Assembly (NCBI RefSeq): GCF_001306055.1 | Contig: NZ_LGHJ01000015.1 | Location: 60,001 to 92,000 of the forward strand | DNA from: Bellilinea caldifistulae | GTDB taxonomy: Bacteria > Chloroflexota > Anaerolineae > Anaerolineales > Anaerolineaceae | DNA length: 32,000 nt | Reading direction: 5' to 3' | Shown: positions 24,695 through 32,000 of the stretch, in pieces | Position numbering within the stretch: position 1 is the first letter of the stretch | How the letters are laid out: each line of letters begins with the position of its first letter | Program-made: the position numbers and the translations under genes | The notes under the pieces: model-generated | Database searches by the model: none | Told to the model about the DNA's origin: nothing | Seen by the model: the letters and a program-made list of their open reading frames with translations, nothing else

Positions 24695-27409
24695 ATGCCG
24701 ATGAAAATGCCCCAATTCTCACTCAAAATCTACTTTTTCCAGCGGCGCAGCCAGCGAGCGCAGGGTTTGGTTGAATTTGCGCTGGCTTTACCCATCCTGC
24801 TGATGCTGGTGTTCGGCATCATTGAATTTGGGCGTTTTCTGCAGGCCTGGCTGGCGCTCGAAAACGGCGCCCGCTTTGGAGTGCGTTATGCCATTACCGG
24901 TAATTTCAACCCGGCTTACTGTCAGGCGGCTGCCCAGGCGCTGGCGCTGGAAGATGCCGATATTGCCGACGGCCACTACGACTGCCGCGTCCCCGAATCT
25001 TTCTCGCCGGACTGGGAACAGATGCAAAACGCCCTTCAGGACTGGGCGCGCCTGCCTTCCATTCGGGATGCGGCGCTGGCCGGGGCAACTGGCATCGCCT
25101 GGGATTCGGCGCCAGCCGTTTCGGGCGATTATCTGGCTTACCTCGACTACGGCTGGAATCATGCCGATTTCGACATGGTCAACCGCGGTAATCCGTCTTT
25201 GAAGGGGTATTTCAATGTGACCACCTGCTCCAACCGGATCGAACCGGTTGGCAGCAATCAGGCAGCCCGCTTCCAGTTCAACCCGAACGCCCGTTATTTT
25301 GTCCCCAACGACCCCAACAGTCTGGATGATTACCGCTTTCCGGATTACTGCGAGCGGGTGCGGGGTAACATTGACGCGGCCGGCAACTTTACCAACCCGG
25401 TCACCGAGCGCTATGTGGATGATGCCGGCGGTCCGGGTGACCGCGTGCGGGTGGTGCTGACCTACCGCCACGAATTGATCACCCCCTTCCTCAACTCGTG
25501 GTGGCCGACCGTGCGCATTCAGGCGATGCGCGAAGGGATTGTGGAAAAGTTCCGCACCTCACGGGTGACCGGTCTGGTGGGCAGCATCGGCATGGCGGCC
25601 ACCTTTACCCCCACTCCTCCGCCGACTGCCACCGAAACGCCGACCACCACACCGACCAACACACCCACGCCGGTTTTCTGCCAGTACAACGGCTCGGTGC
25701 TACGCCAGTGGTGGACCGGTATCAGCGGCAGCAGCCTGAGCGATCTGACGAATAACCCACGCTACCCCGGCAACGCCACCGCCTTCGATTATCGCACTTC
25801 TTTCGAGGCACCGACGGACTGGGGCGATAATTACGGTCAGCGCATGCGCGCCTACCTGTGCGCCCCGTGGACCGGGGAGTACACCTTCTACATCGCCAGC
25901 GATGATTCGAGCGAGCTGTACCTCAGTTCCAGTCAGAATCCGGCCGGGGCCGTCCGAATTGCTTATGTAAACGGCTATACCAGCAGCCAGGAATGGACTA
26001 AATACGCTTCCCAGCGTTCTGCTCCCATTACTTTGCAGGCCGGGCAGTTGTATTACATCGAAGCGATCCAGAAAGAAGGCGCAGGCGGGGACAATCTGGC
26101 GGTTGGCTGGACCGGTCCCGGCATCACCGAGCCGGGTGACCCGCCGGTGGTCATTCAGGGGCAGTATCTGGTGCCGGTGACCCCGGAAGCGACCTACACC
26201 CCGACCCCCACCAGCCTGCCGCGCTGCGAGGACCTGGTGGTGTTGGGTGAACCACTTACCTTCCAATCCTTTGTCGCCGGCAGCCCCGGCAACGGTTATA
26301 TCATTCAATCGCAGTTGCAAAACACGGGTCCTTACAACATCTACATGAGCGGGGCGTTAATGGACTGGACCGGCGAGTGGCACAACCCGGTTCACAGCCA
26401 GCCCAGCGGACACATCTTCAATTATTACTCCGGCAACACCGCCAATCAGCCGATTTATGACCCGCCCAACGTGGCATCCTACCCCTATGGTCATGTATTC
26501 ACCCCCACCCCCAATCGCAACCTGATCAGTCCATATGGCAGCAACTACCTGCGCTGGGTCTATGGGCAGCCAAATCCGGCGGTCAGTAATTTCTCCTTCT
26601 GGATTTTGCCCGATTTCAACCACTACCCGCCGGTGGCAACCGGCGTACCCACCCCGCGCATGACGGTGACGCCGGTCTCGTGGGCTGTGTCGGGTAATAG
26701 TCGTTATCACAACTTCTACTGGGCCAGCGACTTTACCGGTAGCATTTATTACAATGTGGTTCCCACCGTCGGTCCGACTCTCTCCTGCGTCCAGCAGGTG
26801 ACCGGTTACCCCGGGCCGAGCATTCAGGTCATCATCAATCCGGGCGGCACACCCTTCTCGGCACGCGCCATCATTAACGGTAATGATAGTGGTGTGGATA
26901 CTTCACTGGGCGTGTACTTCTTCGTGTATGACAGCGCTGGCAATCTGGTACACTGGTCGCGGGATGCCAATTCGTGGTTCTGCATCTTCGGGCATACCGG
27001 CAGCGGCAGCCGCCGGCGCTGCATCACCCGCACCCCGCTGGTGGATTCGTGGGACCAGGGCGGTGGGCTGATCCGCAACGGCAGTTACACCCTGGTGGTT
27101 CTGGCGCGCAACAACCACACCAGCAAGAAGTCCAATGTGGTGGTGGTGCCCTTCGTCATTTCGGCAAATACCCCCACCCCGACTCCCCTGCCGACCAATA
27201 CCCGTACCGCCACCATCACCCGCACCATCACCCGCACGTTTACTGCCGGACCAACCCGCACCAATACCCCCATTCCTTCGATTACACCCACGCGGACCAT
27301 TACCCCTACTCGTACGGTGACCCGCACGCCGACCATTACCCGCACGCCGACCATTACCTCCACACCCACCCTATGTCTGACGCCGTGGGAGTTGGGCGGC
27401 TGCAACTGA
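24695..27409 (+). CDS. TadE-like N-terminus - PA14 domain - large C-terminal region - Thr/Arg/Pro-rich tail (904 aa)
   Basis: From ATG 24695: RAQGLVEFALALPILLMLVFGIIEFGR is TadE-like. The PA14 pattern lies at ~25680-26125 (CAPWTGEYTFYIASDDSSELYL...LQAGQLYYIEAIQKEGAGGDNLAVGWTGPG). TP-rich linkers are present. The track's upstream extension from 24446 overlaps the previous gene. Confidence 0.8.
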   Translation: MPMKMPQFSLKIYFFQRRSQRAQGLVEFALALPILLMLVFGIIEFGRFLQAWLALENGARFGVRYAITGNFNPAYCQAAAQALALEDADIADGHYDCRVPESFSPDWEQMQNALQDWARLPSIRDAALAGATGIAWDSAPAVSGDYLAYLDYGWNHADFDMVNRGNPSLKGYFNVTTCSNRIEPVGSNQAARFQFNPNARYFVPNDPNSLDDYRFPDYCERVRGNIDAAGNFTNPVTERYVDDAGGPGDRVRVVLTYRHELITPFLNSWWPTVRIQAMREGIVEKFRTSRVTGLVGSIGMAATFTPTPPPTATETPTTTPTNTPTPVFCQYNGSVLRQWWTGISGSSLSDLTNNPRYPGNATAFDYRTSFEAPTDWGDNYGQRMRAYLCAPWTGEYTFYIASDDSSELYLSSSQNPAGAVRIAYVNGYTSSQEWTKYASQRSAPITLQAGQLYYIEAIQKEGAGGDNLAVGWTGPGITEPGDPPVVIQGQYLVPVTPEATYTPTPTSLPRCEDLVVLGEPLTFQSFVAGSPGNGYIIQSQLQNTGPYNIYMSGALMDWTGEWHNPVHSQPSGHIFNYYSGNTANQPIYDPPNVASYPYGHVFTPTPNRNLISPYGSNYLRWVYGQPNPAVSNFSFWILPDFNHYPPVATGVPTPRMTVTPVSWAVSGNSRYHNFYWASDFTGSIYYNVVPTVGPTLSCVQQVTGYPGPSIQVIINPGGTPFSARAIINGNDSGVDTSLGVYFFVYDSAGNLVHWSRDANSWFCIFGHTGSGSRRRCITRTPLVDSWDQGGGLIRNGSYTLVVLARNNHTSKKSNVVVVPFVISANTPTPTPLPTNTRTATITRTITRTFTAGPTRTNTPIPSITPTRTITPTRTVTRTPTITRTPTITSTPTLCLTPWELGGCN

Positions 27410-27420
27410 GCCCTTTGGGA

Positions 27421-27665
27421 GGACATTAACCGGTTTACGTCATTGCGAACCGCCACAGGCGGCGTGGCAATCTCCCGCAAAGGTGGGTGGGAGATTGCCA
27501 CCTGCCCTTTACCGAAGGCAGTGCGGGAGATGTCCACCTGCGCTGCACCGAACGCAGTGCGGTACAAGTGTTGCTGACGCTCGACATGACATTAACCGCG
27601 TTTTCGTCACCGCGAGCCGCCGCAGGCGGCGCGGCAATCTCCTGCAAAACCGTTGAGGAGGTTCT
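27421..27665 (+). repeat. Composite intergenic repeat, locus E
   Basis: The 17-mer at 27464-27480 sits within a perfect 11-bp hairpin, ggcaatctccc/gggagattgcc. The core lies at 27491-27599, and a second variant gcggcaatctcctgcaa at ~27627. The element fills the convergent gap between the PA14 gene and the CNNM gene. Confidence 0.85.
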
Positions 27666-27668
27666 GGC

Positions 27669-28955
27669 TTAACTTGCGCTCTCGCCGGGCGGGTTTTCAA
27701 CCTCGGCGGCGGGGTTGTGCCGGCGGGCGCGCACGCGCCGAATCCGCCGCCCGCTGACCTGCTCGACGGTCAACAGCCAGTCTTCCACCTGCACCTGCTC
27801 ACCGCCAATCGGCACGCGTCCGATCACGCCGTATATGTAACCCCCCAGCGTATCGGCTAAATCGGTCACCAGATGAGTGCCCAGCACCTCGTTGAAGTCA
27901 TCCAGATCAATCCGCCCATGAAAGAGCACCTCATCCTCGCCAATGCGCTGGTAAAGCAGTTCCTCGGCCTGATCGTACTCATCGCGGATTTCACCGACAA
28001 TTTCTTCCACAATGTCTTCCAGGGTCACCAGCCCGGCCATGCCGCCGTATTCATCCACCACAATCGCCATGTGAATGCTGTTCATCTGCATCTCGCGCAG
28101 CAGGTCATCCACCTTTTTGGACTCCGGCACAAAGTAGGCCGGGCGTAAAAACGGGCGAATGTTCTCCGGTTCGTCCTCTTCCAGCGAGGCGCGCAGCAGG
28201 TCTTTGGCGTAGAGCAGCCCGATCACGTTATCAATGGTCTCCTCGTAAACCGGCACGCGCGAATGTCCGGAAGTCACCAGCGCCTGTACCGCCTCCGAGA
28301 CGCGGGTGTTGACCTCCAGCGCCAGAATGTCAATGCGCGGCACCATGATCTCGCGGCACAGGGTATCCCCAAAGTGAAAGATGGAGTAAATCATCTGGCG
28401 CTCGCCTTTTTCCAGCCCACCGCTCGGCTGACCGACCTCCACCCATGTTTTAAGCTCGTCCTCGGTCATGCCGCCGTGAGCGGCATCCAGCGCCAGCGGC
28501 TGACCCATCAGCCCGCCCAGCAGAGATGAAAATGGGCGCAGTAGCACCTCCAGCCCGCGTGCCAGCGGGTAAAGGCGCAGCAGCCAGCGTTCGGCATCCC
28601 GCCGTACCCATCCCTCCACGCTGATTTCCAGTATGACCAGCAGCAGTCCGCCGCCAAAAAAGACGCCCAACCAGATCAGCGGGGAATTCAGGTTGGGGTA
28701 GAGAGTCTGTCCGATCAGCACGCCGCACACTGCCAGCAGGACGTGCGCCAGCGAAATGACCAGCCGCAGTCCCAGCCGGTAGGCAACTTTTTCGATCAGG
28801 GCGATTTCGCGCTCGACGCTGACCTGTGGGCGCTGACCGGAAACCTGCATCAGCAGCGGCAGGCGAGTGTTCACCAGCGCTGCCCGAACCCACACAGCGA
28901 TGAAATCCAGCGCCAGTAAGACCACAACCAGCCCGACCAGACCGTTCAGGCTCAT
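27669..28955 (-). CDS. CNNM (DUF21) - CBS pair - CorC/HlyC domain protein (hemolysin-family / Mg-Co efflux-like)
   Basis: From ATG 28955 (MSLNGLVGLVVVLLALDF): N-terminal TM domain, a CBS region (REIMVPRIDILALE..., HSRVPVYEETIDNVIGLLYAKDLL) and a CorC_HlyC-like C-terminus (GRIDLDDFNEVLG...GGYIYGVIGRVP). Confidence 0.85.
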   Translation of the reverse strand: MSLNGLVGLVVVLLALDFIAVWVRAALVNTRLPLLMQVSGQRPQVSVEREIALIEKVAYRLGLRLVISLAHVLLAVCGVLIGQTLYPNLNSPLIWLGVFFGGGLLLVILEISVEGWVRRDAERWLLRLYPLARGLEVLLRPFSSLLGGLMGQPLALDAAHGGMTEDELKTWVEVGQPSGGLEKGERQMIYSIFHFGDTLCREIMVPRIDILALEVNTRVSEAVQALVTSGHSRVPVYEETIDNVIGLLYAKDLLRASLEEDEPENIRPFLRPAYFVPESKKVDDLLREMQMNSIHMAIVVDEYGGMAGLVTLEDIVEEIVGEIRDEYDQAEELLYQRIGEDEVLFHGRIDLDDFNEVLGTHLVTDLADTLGGYIYGVIGRVPIGGEQVQVEDWLLTVEQVSGRRIRRVRARRHNPAAEVENPPGESAS

Positions 28956-28956
28956 C

Positions 28957-30000
28957 TCAGGCCTCGCTTTCGGCGTTGGAGATGAACCCACCGCGCTGCA
29001 CCGTGTAGGGAGGCAGTCGCACACCATCCGCCAGCGTGCAATTTTCCAGCCAGGCGGCAGCGATGCGGCAGTCATTCCCAACCTGTGTATTCCACAAAAC
29101 GGCCCCCGGACCCATCTGGCAATTGGCGCCGATGTGGGTTTGCCCGCCCAGATAACACTGCGGGTAGAGGATGGTATCCGCGCCGATGGTCACGTCTATT
29201 TCGATGGTGATTGAGGAAGGATCTACGAGGGTAACGCCAGCCTCCATCCAGCGCGCCGCAATGCGCCGCTGAAGGACAGCCTGCGCCTCCGCCAGATGGG
29301 CGCGGGTGTTGATTCCCAGCGCTTCGTGGGGGTCATGGGCGGTGACGGCCTGCACGCGCCGTCCCTGCTTTCGGGCAATCTCCACCAGATCAGTGAGGAA
29401 GTACTCCCCCTTGGGGGAAAGGCGCACTTCTTCGAGGGCATCCCACAGCCATTGGCCGTCAAAACAATACACCCCGGCGTTCAGTTCGCGCAGAGCCAGA
29501 ACTTCGGGCGGGGCAACGGCTTCCTCGACGATTGCCTGCACATCGCCATCCGGGCTGCGCACCACCCGCCCAAAGCCGTGCGGGTCGTCCAGGATGACGC
29601 TCAGCATGGTCAGGGCGGCATCGGCGCTGCGCTGCAAGTCCACCAGCTGCTGCAAAGTTTGGGAGGTGATCAGCGGCATGTCGCCAGCGGTCACCACCAC
29701 CCAATCGGCCTTTCCTTTGAGTAGCGGCTGCGCCATGCGGACGGCGTGGGCGGTGCCGAGTTGCTGATCTTGCAGGGCGTAGCGTGCCCGCGCGCCAACC
29801 GCAGCGCGCACCTGTTCGGCGCCGTGGCCGACCACCAGCACGGGCAGTTGTCCGCTGACCTGAGCGGCTGAGCGCAGGCTGTGTTCGATCAGCGGCACCC
29901 CTCCCAGCGGGTGCAGTACTTTGGGCAGGCTGGATTTCATGCGTTTGCCGTAACCGGCAGCCAGAATGACCACAGACACCGCAGGATCAGGCTGCATCAC
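28957..30000 (-). CDS. glmU: GlmU-like sugar-1-phosphate uridylyltransferase with only a short left-handed beta-helix (347 aa)
   Basis: VVILAAGYGKRMKSSLPKVLHPLGG is the GlmU N-terminal signature (LAAGxGxRMxSxxPKVLH). The C-terminal hexapeptide repeats stop early compared with ~450-aa GlmU. The start may be GTG 30000 or ATG 29997. Confidence 0.75.
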   Translation of the reverse strand: MMQPDPAVSVVILAAGYGKRMKSSLPKVLHPLGGVPLIEHSLRSAAQVSGQLPVLVVGHGAEQVRAAVGARARYALQDQQLGTAHAVRMAQPLLKGKADWVVVTAGDMPLITSQTLQQLVDLQRSADAALTMLSVILDDPHGFGRVVRSPDGDVQAIVEEAVAPPEVLALRELNAGVYCFDGQWLWDALEEVRLSPKGEYFLTDLVEIARKQGRRVQAVTAHDPHEALGINTRAHLAEAQAVLQRRIAARWMEAGVTLVDPSSITIEIDVTIGADTILYPQCYLGGQTHIGANCQMGPGAVLWNTQVGNDCRIAAAWLENCTLADGVRLPPYTVQRGGFISNAESEA

Positions 30001-30138
30001 ACCCCCATTGCTGAAGAGAAGGAAAAAGATCGCCCCGAGGGCAGGGTAAAATCCGCCGCCGCGGGGCTTTGCCGTTGGTGCGTATCGCTTTCAGGGTCAG
30101 GAGAGTCGCTGTCCACAGTCATGAGGTTGAAATTTACA

Positions 30139-30211
30139 GGCTGGGGCGCCCGGATTCGAACCAGGATCCACAGATCCAAAGTCTGGTGTGCTGCCGTTGC
30201 ACCACGCCCCA
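30139..30211 (-). tRNA. tRNA-Gln (anticodon TTG)
   Basis: The reverse complement tggggcgtggtgcaacggcagcacaccagactttggatctgtggatcctggttcgaatccgggcgccccagcc folds by hand into a cloverleaf. The acceptor stem is TGGGGCG/CGCCCCA, the D stem GTGC/GCAC, the anticodon loop CTTTGGA, and the T arm CCTGG-TTCGAAT-CCGGG. There is one C-U mismatch at the top of the anticodon stem, and the 3' CCA is not fully encoded (CCT). Confidence 0.8.
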
Positions 30212-30283
30212 ATGAGGCTGGGTTGAACCCCTGTGCGAGGCTTATTCTATCACAAAACCGTCTTTTTGGGGCATAAAAATACC

Positions 30284-30311
30284 TTGACAAAAACCTAAAA
30301 GTGCATAAAAT
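30284..30311 (+). promoter_or_regulatory. Sigma-70-type promoter for the ArsR-DUF2087 / EamA operon (TTGACA-16 nt-TAAAAT)
   Basis: TTGACA at 30284-30289 and TAAAAT at 30306-30311, in an AT-rich spacer about 50 nt upstream of the GTG 30363 start. Confidence 0.4.
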
Positions 30312-30362
30312 CGTTTTGATAATTATAAAAATGTTTTGATTAAACCGAAAGGATTTTTTGCC

Positions 30363-30947
30363 GTGGATCACGCAACGCTAACCGAAGAACTGTTGACCTT
30401 CTTCAAGGCACTGGCGGATGCTCAGCGCTTGAAGATTGTCGGTCTGCTGGCGCAGGAAGCTCACACCGTTGAGCAACTGGCTGCCCTGTTGAACATCAGC
30501 CCCTCCACCACCTCGCATCATCTTGCCAAACTGGCCAAAGCCGGGCTGGTGGAAGCGCGCACCGATGGTCATTATTACTTTTACTCCCTTAAAACCGATA
30601 CGCTGGAGGCGATGGCGCAACGACTGTTGAAGAGTGAAAACCTGCCGCATCTCTCGGCGGATGTCGAGAGCGAGGCGTACGAACGCAAGATCATCCAGAA
30701 TTTTACCGATGCCAGCGGGCGGATTAAATCCCTGCCGGCGCAGGAGAAAAAGTTTCAGGTGTTGCTGCGCTATGTAGCCAAAGCCTTTCAGCCCGGCCGG
30801 CGGTACACCGAAAAGGAAGTCAACGAAATTCTGGCTCGTTACCATGAGGATACCGCCTCGCTGCGGCGCGGTTTGATCGAATCCCGCTTGATGGCGCGTG
30901 AAAGCAGTGGAAAGGAATACTGGCTGGTGGAAGAGGCCGCCGGATGA
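30363..30947 (+). CDS. ArsR/SmtB-family HTH regulator fused to a DUF2087 domain
   Basis: FKALADAQRLKIVGLLAQEAHTVEQLAALLNISPSTTSHHLAKLAKAGLV is an ArsR-type wHTH. The C-terminal part (KKFQVLLRYVAKAFQPGRRYTEKEVNEILARYHEDTASLRRGLIE) is DUF2087-like. I prefer GTG 30363, with aaagga 8 nt upstream, over the track's TTG 30336. Confidence 0.8.
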   Translation: MDHATLTEELLTFFKALADAQRLKIVGLLAQEAHTVEQLAALLNISPSTTSHHLAKLAKAGLVEARTDGHYYFYSLKTDTLEAMAQRLLKSENLPHLSADVESEAYERKIIQNFTDASGRIKSLPAQEKKFQVLLRYVAKAFQPGRRYTEKEVNEILARYHEDTASLRRGLIESRLMARESSGKEYWLVEEAAG

Positions 30948-31867
30948 CCGTCGCATCTCCACCAGCCCGACGCTGGGTTGTCATCCTCAAAGTATTGTTT
31001 GCGGTGAGCGTTTGGGGCGGATCGTTCATCGCTACCAAAATTGCCCTGCGCGATGCTGCCCCGGTCACGATTGTGTGGACGCGCTTTGGCATCGGGGTCT
31101 TAATCCTCGGCTTAGCCGTGAGGTTGAGGGGAGCGTATCGGCGGCCGGGCCTGCGCGATCTGGCTTACTTCGCCTTGCTGGGTGGACTGGGAATCACCTT
31201 TCACCAATGGCTGCAGTCCACCGGTTTAATCACCGCTCAGGCTACCACCACAGCCTGGATTGTGGCGAGCACCCCCGTGTTCATGGCGCTGCTGGGCTGG
31301 TTGTTTTTGCGTGAATCGCTCGGGCCGGTGCGGCTGGGCGGAATCCTGCTGGCGGCGGTGGGGGTGCTGCTGGTGGTTTCGCGCGGGGACTGGCGTGCCC
31401 TTTCACTCGGCCGGTTTGGAACGCCCGGCGATTTGCTGATTTTGATCAGCGCGCCAAACTGGGCGATCTTTTCGACCCTCTCGCGGGATGGATTGCGCCG
31501 TTACCCGGCGGCGCTGATGATGTTCTTTGTCATGGGGTTCGGTTGGTTGTTTTCTTCCGCTTTCTTCCTCAGCGGCCCCGGCTTTGCCGACCTGAGCCAC
31601 TTAACCGTGGATGGCTGGGCAGCCGTGTTGTTTTTGGGGATTGCCTGTTCGGGGCTGGCGTATATCTTCTGGTACGATGCCCTGCAAGCCATGCCCTCGG
31701 CGCAGGTGGGGGTGTTCCTTTACCTTGAACCGCTGGTGACGGTTGCGGTAGCCGGTTTGATGCTGGGTGAAGTGCTTACCCCGGCCACGCTCATCGGTGG
31801 GATGATCATTCTGCTGGGGGTCTGGCTGGTCAATCGGCAGATGAACGGGATGGGGCGAAAAGGGTAA
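30944..31867 (+). CDS. EamA/DMT-family transporter (10 TM)
   Basis: 307-aa hydrophobic ORF with two EamA-like halves (...VWGGSFIATKIAL... and ...LLILISAPNWAIFSTLSR...). Its ATGA overlap with the ArsR-like gene indicates an operon. Confidence 0.85.
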   Translation: MTVASPPARRWVVILKVLFAVSVWGGSFIATKIALRDAAPVTIVWTRFGIGVLILGLAVRLRGAYRRPGLRDLAYFALLGGLGITFHQWLQSTGLITAQATTTAWIVASTPVFMALLGWLFLRESLGPVRLGGILLAAVGVLLVVSRGDWRALSLGRFGTPGDLLILISAPNWAIFSTLSRDGLRRYPAALMMFFVMGFGWLFSSAFFLSGPGFADLSHLTVDGWAAVLFLGIACSGLAYIFWYDALQAMPSAQVGVFLYLEPLVTVAVAGLMLGEVLTPATLIGGMIILLGVWLVNRQMNGMGRKG

Positions 31868-32000
31868 TGTCATCGCCCTGATCGAGTGCCAGTGAACCGC
31901 GCGGGGCGCGCAGCAACTGGATGGCTACCCAAATATCCCCCACCGCGCCGGAAAAATTCATCACGGCAGCCAGAATCACATAGGTCAGGGCCGAAAGCGG
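31830..32000 (-). CDS. Partial CDS, C-terminal 56 aa only (possibly a DUF3267-type membrane protein)
   Basis: My own minus-strand translation from 32000: PLSALTYVILAAVMNFSGAVGDIWVAIQLLRAPRGSLALDQGDDITLFAPSRSSAD, with a stop at 31830-31832. The NFSGAVGDIW segment recalls the C-terminus of DUF3267 proteins. It overlaps the convergent EamA gene's 3' end by 38 nt. Evidence is weak. Confidence 0.3.
   Translation of the reverse strand, partial: PLSALTYVILAAVMNFSGAVGDIWVAIQLLRAPRGSLALDQGDDITLFAPSRSSAD

Noticed and set aside
22777-26320. Minus-strand ORFs within the Tad-like genes (22777..23178, 23239..24297, 24788..25471, 25700..26320)
   Set aside because: These are antisense shadows. The + strand frames carry the TadE/TadG N-termini, the MIDAS motif and PA14 motifs.
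11373-27480. Direct repeats ggcggcgtggcaatctcccgcaa at 11.37 kb and 27.46 kb read as attL/attR bracketing a 16-kb island (phage-like cluster plus Tad-like operon)
   Set aside because: The same exact 17-mer occurs at three further unrelated intergenic sites (4956, 6803, 7848). It is therefore a dispersed repeat family, not an integration scar, and no integrase is present.
30139-30211. tRNA-Gln as an integration site for a genomic island
   Set aside because: No integrase is nearby and no repeat of the tRNA's 3' end occurs in the window. The neighbouring genes (glmU-like, CNNM, ArsR/EamA) look like core genes.

Overview
High-GC bacterial chromosomal window. Gene content and the Thr/Pro-rich linkers suggest a Chloroflexota-like organism, but that is inference only. 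All calls come from reading the ORF translations and the DNA by eye; no searches were run.

**Housekeeping and transport genes**
- 1-4.9 kb: ABC ATPase with a NEW3/CARDB-like partner, an MFS transporter, a DUF2089 pair and a SixA-like phosphatase.
- 7.0-11.2 kb: MBL-fold hydrolase, cupin, and a 922-aa secreted beta-propeller protein.
- 27.7-32 kb: CNNM/CorC-type protein, a short GlmU-like gene, tRNA-Gln, an ArsR-DUF2087 regulator and an EamA transporter.

**Three unusual regions**
1. 4.9-7.06 kb is gene-poor and packed with repeats. It holds a dispersed hairpin family, a conserved ~108-bp core with mutually exclusive hairpins, a 34/52-bp tandem array, GC-rich perfect hairpins, and a low-GC islet with two small overlapping genes, one of them a LuxR-type HTH.
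2. 11.5-21.6 kb is a compact, translationally coupled minus-strand phage-particle module. In order it encodes a small protein, TerL, portal, a prohead-protease/scaffold/major-capsid fusion, a GH25 endolysin, a holin-like protein, a connector-like protein and two large ORFans. It has no integrase, replication, repressor or recognisable tail genes. This is the best candidate for a GTA-like, domesticated or satellite-type system.
3. 22.0-27.4 kb, transcribed divergently from that module, is an orphan trio of Tad pseudopilin-like proteins carrying large Cys-rich, vWA and PA14 extensions. No Tad machinery is present in the window.
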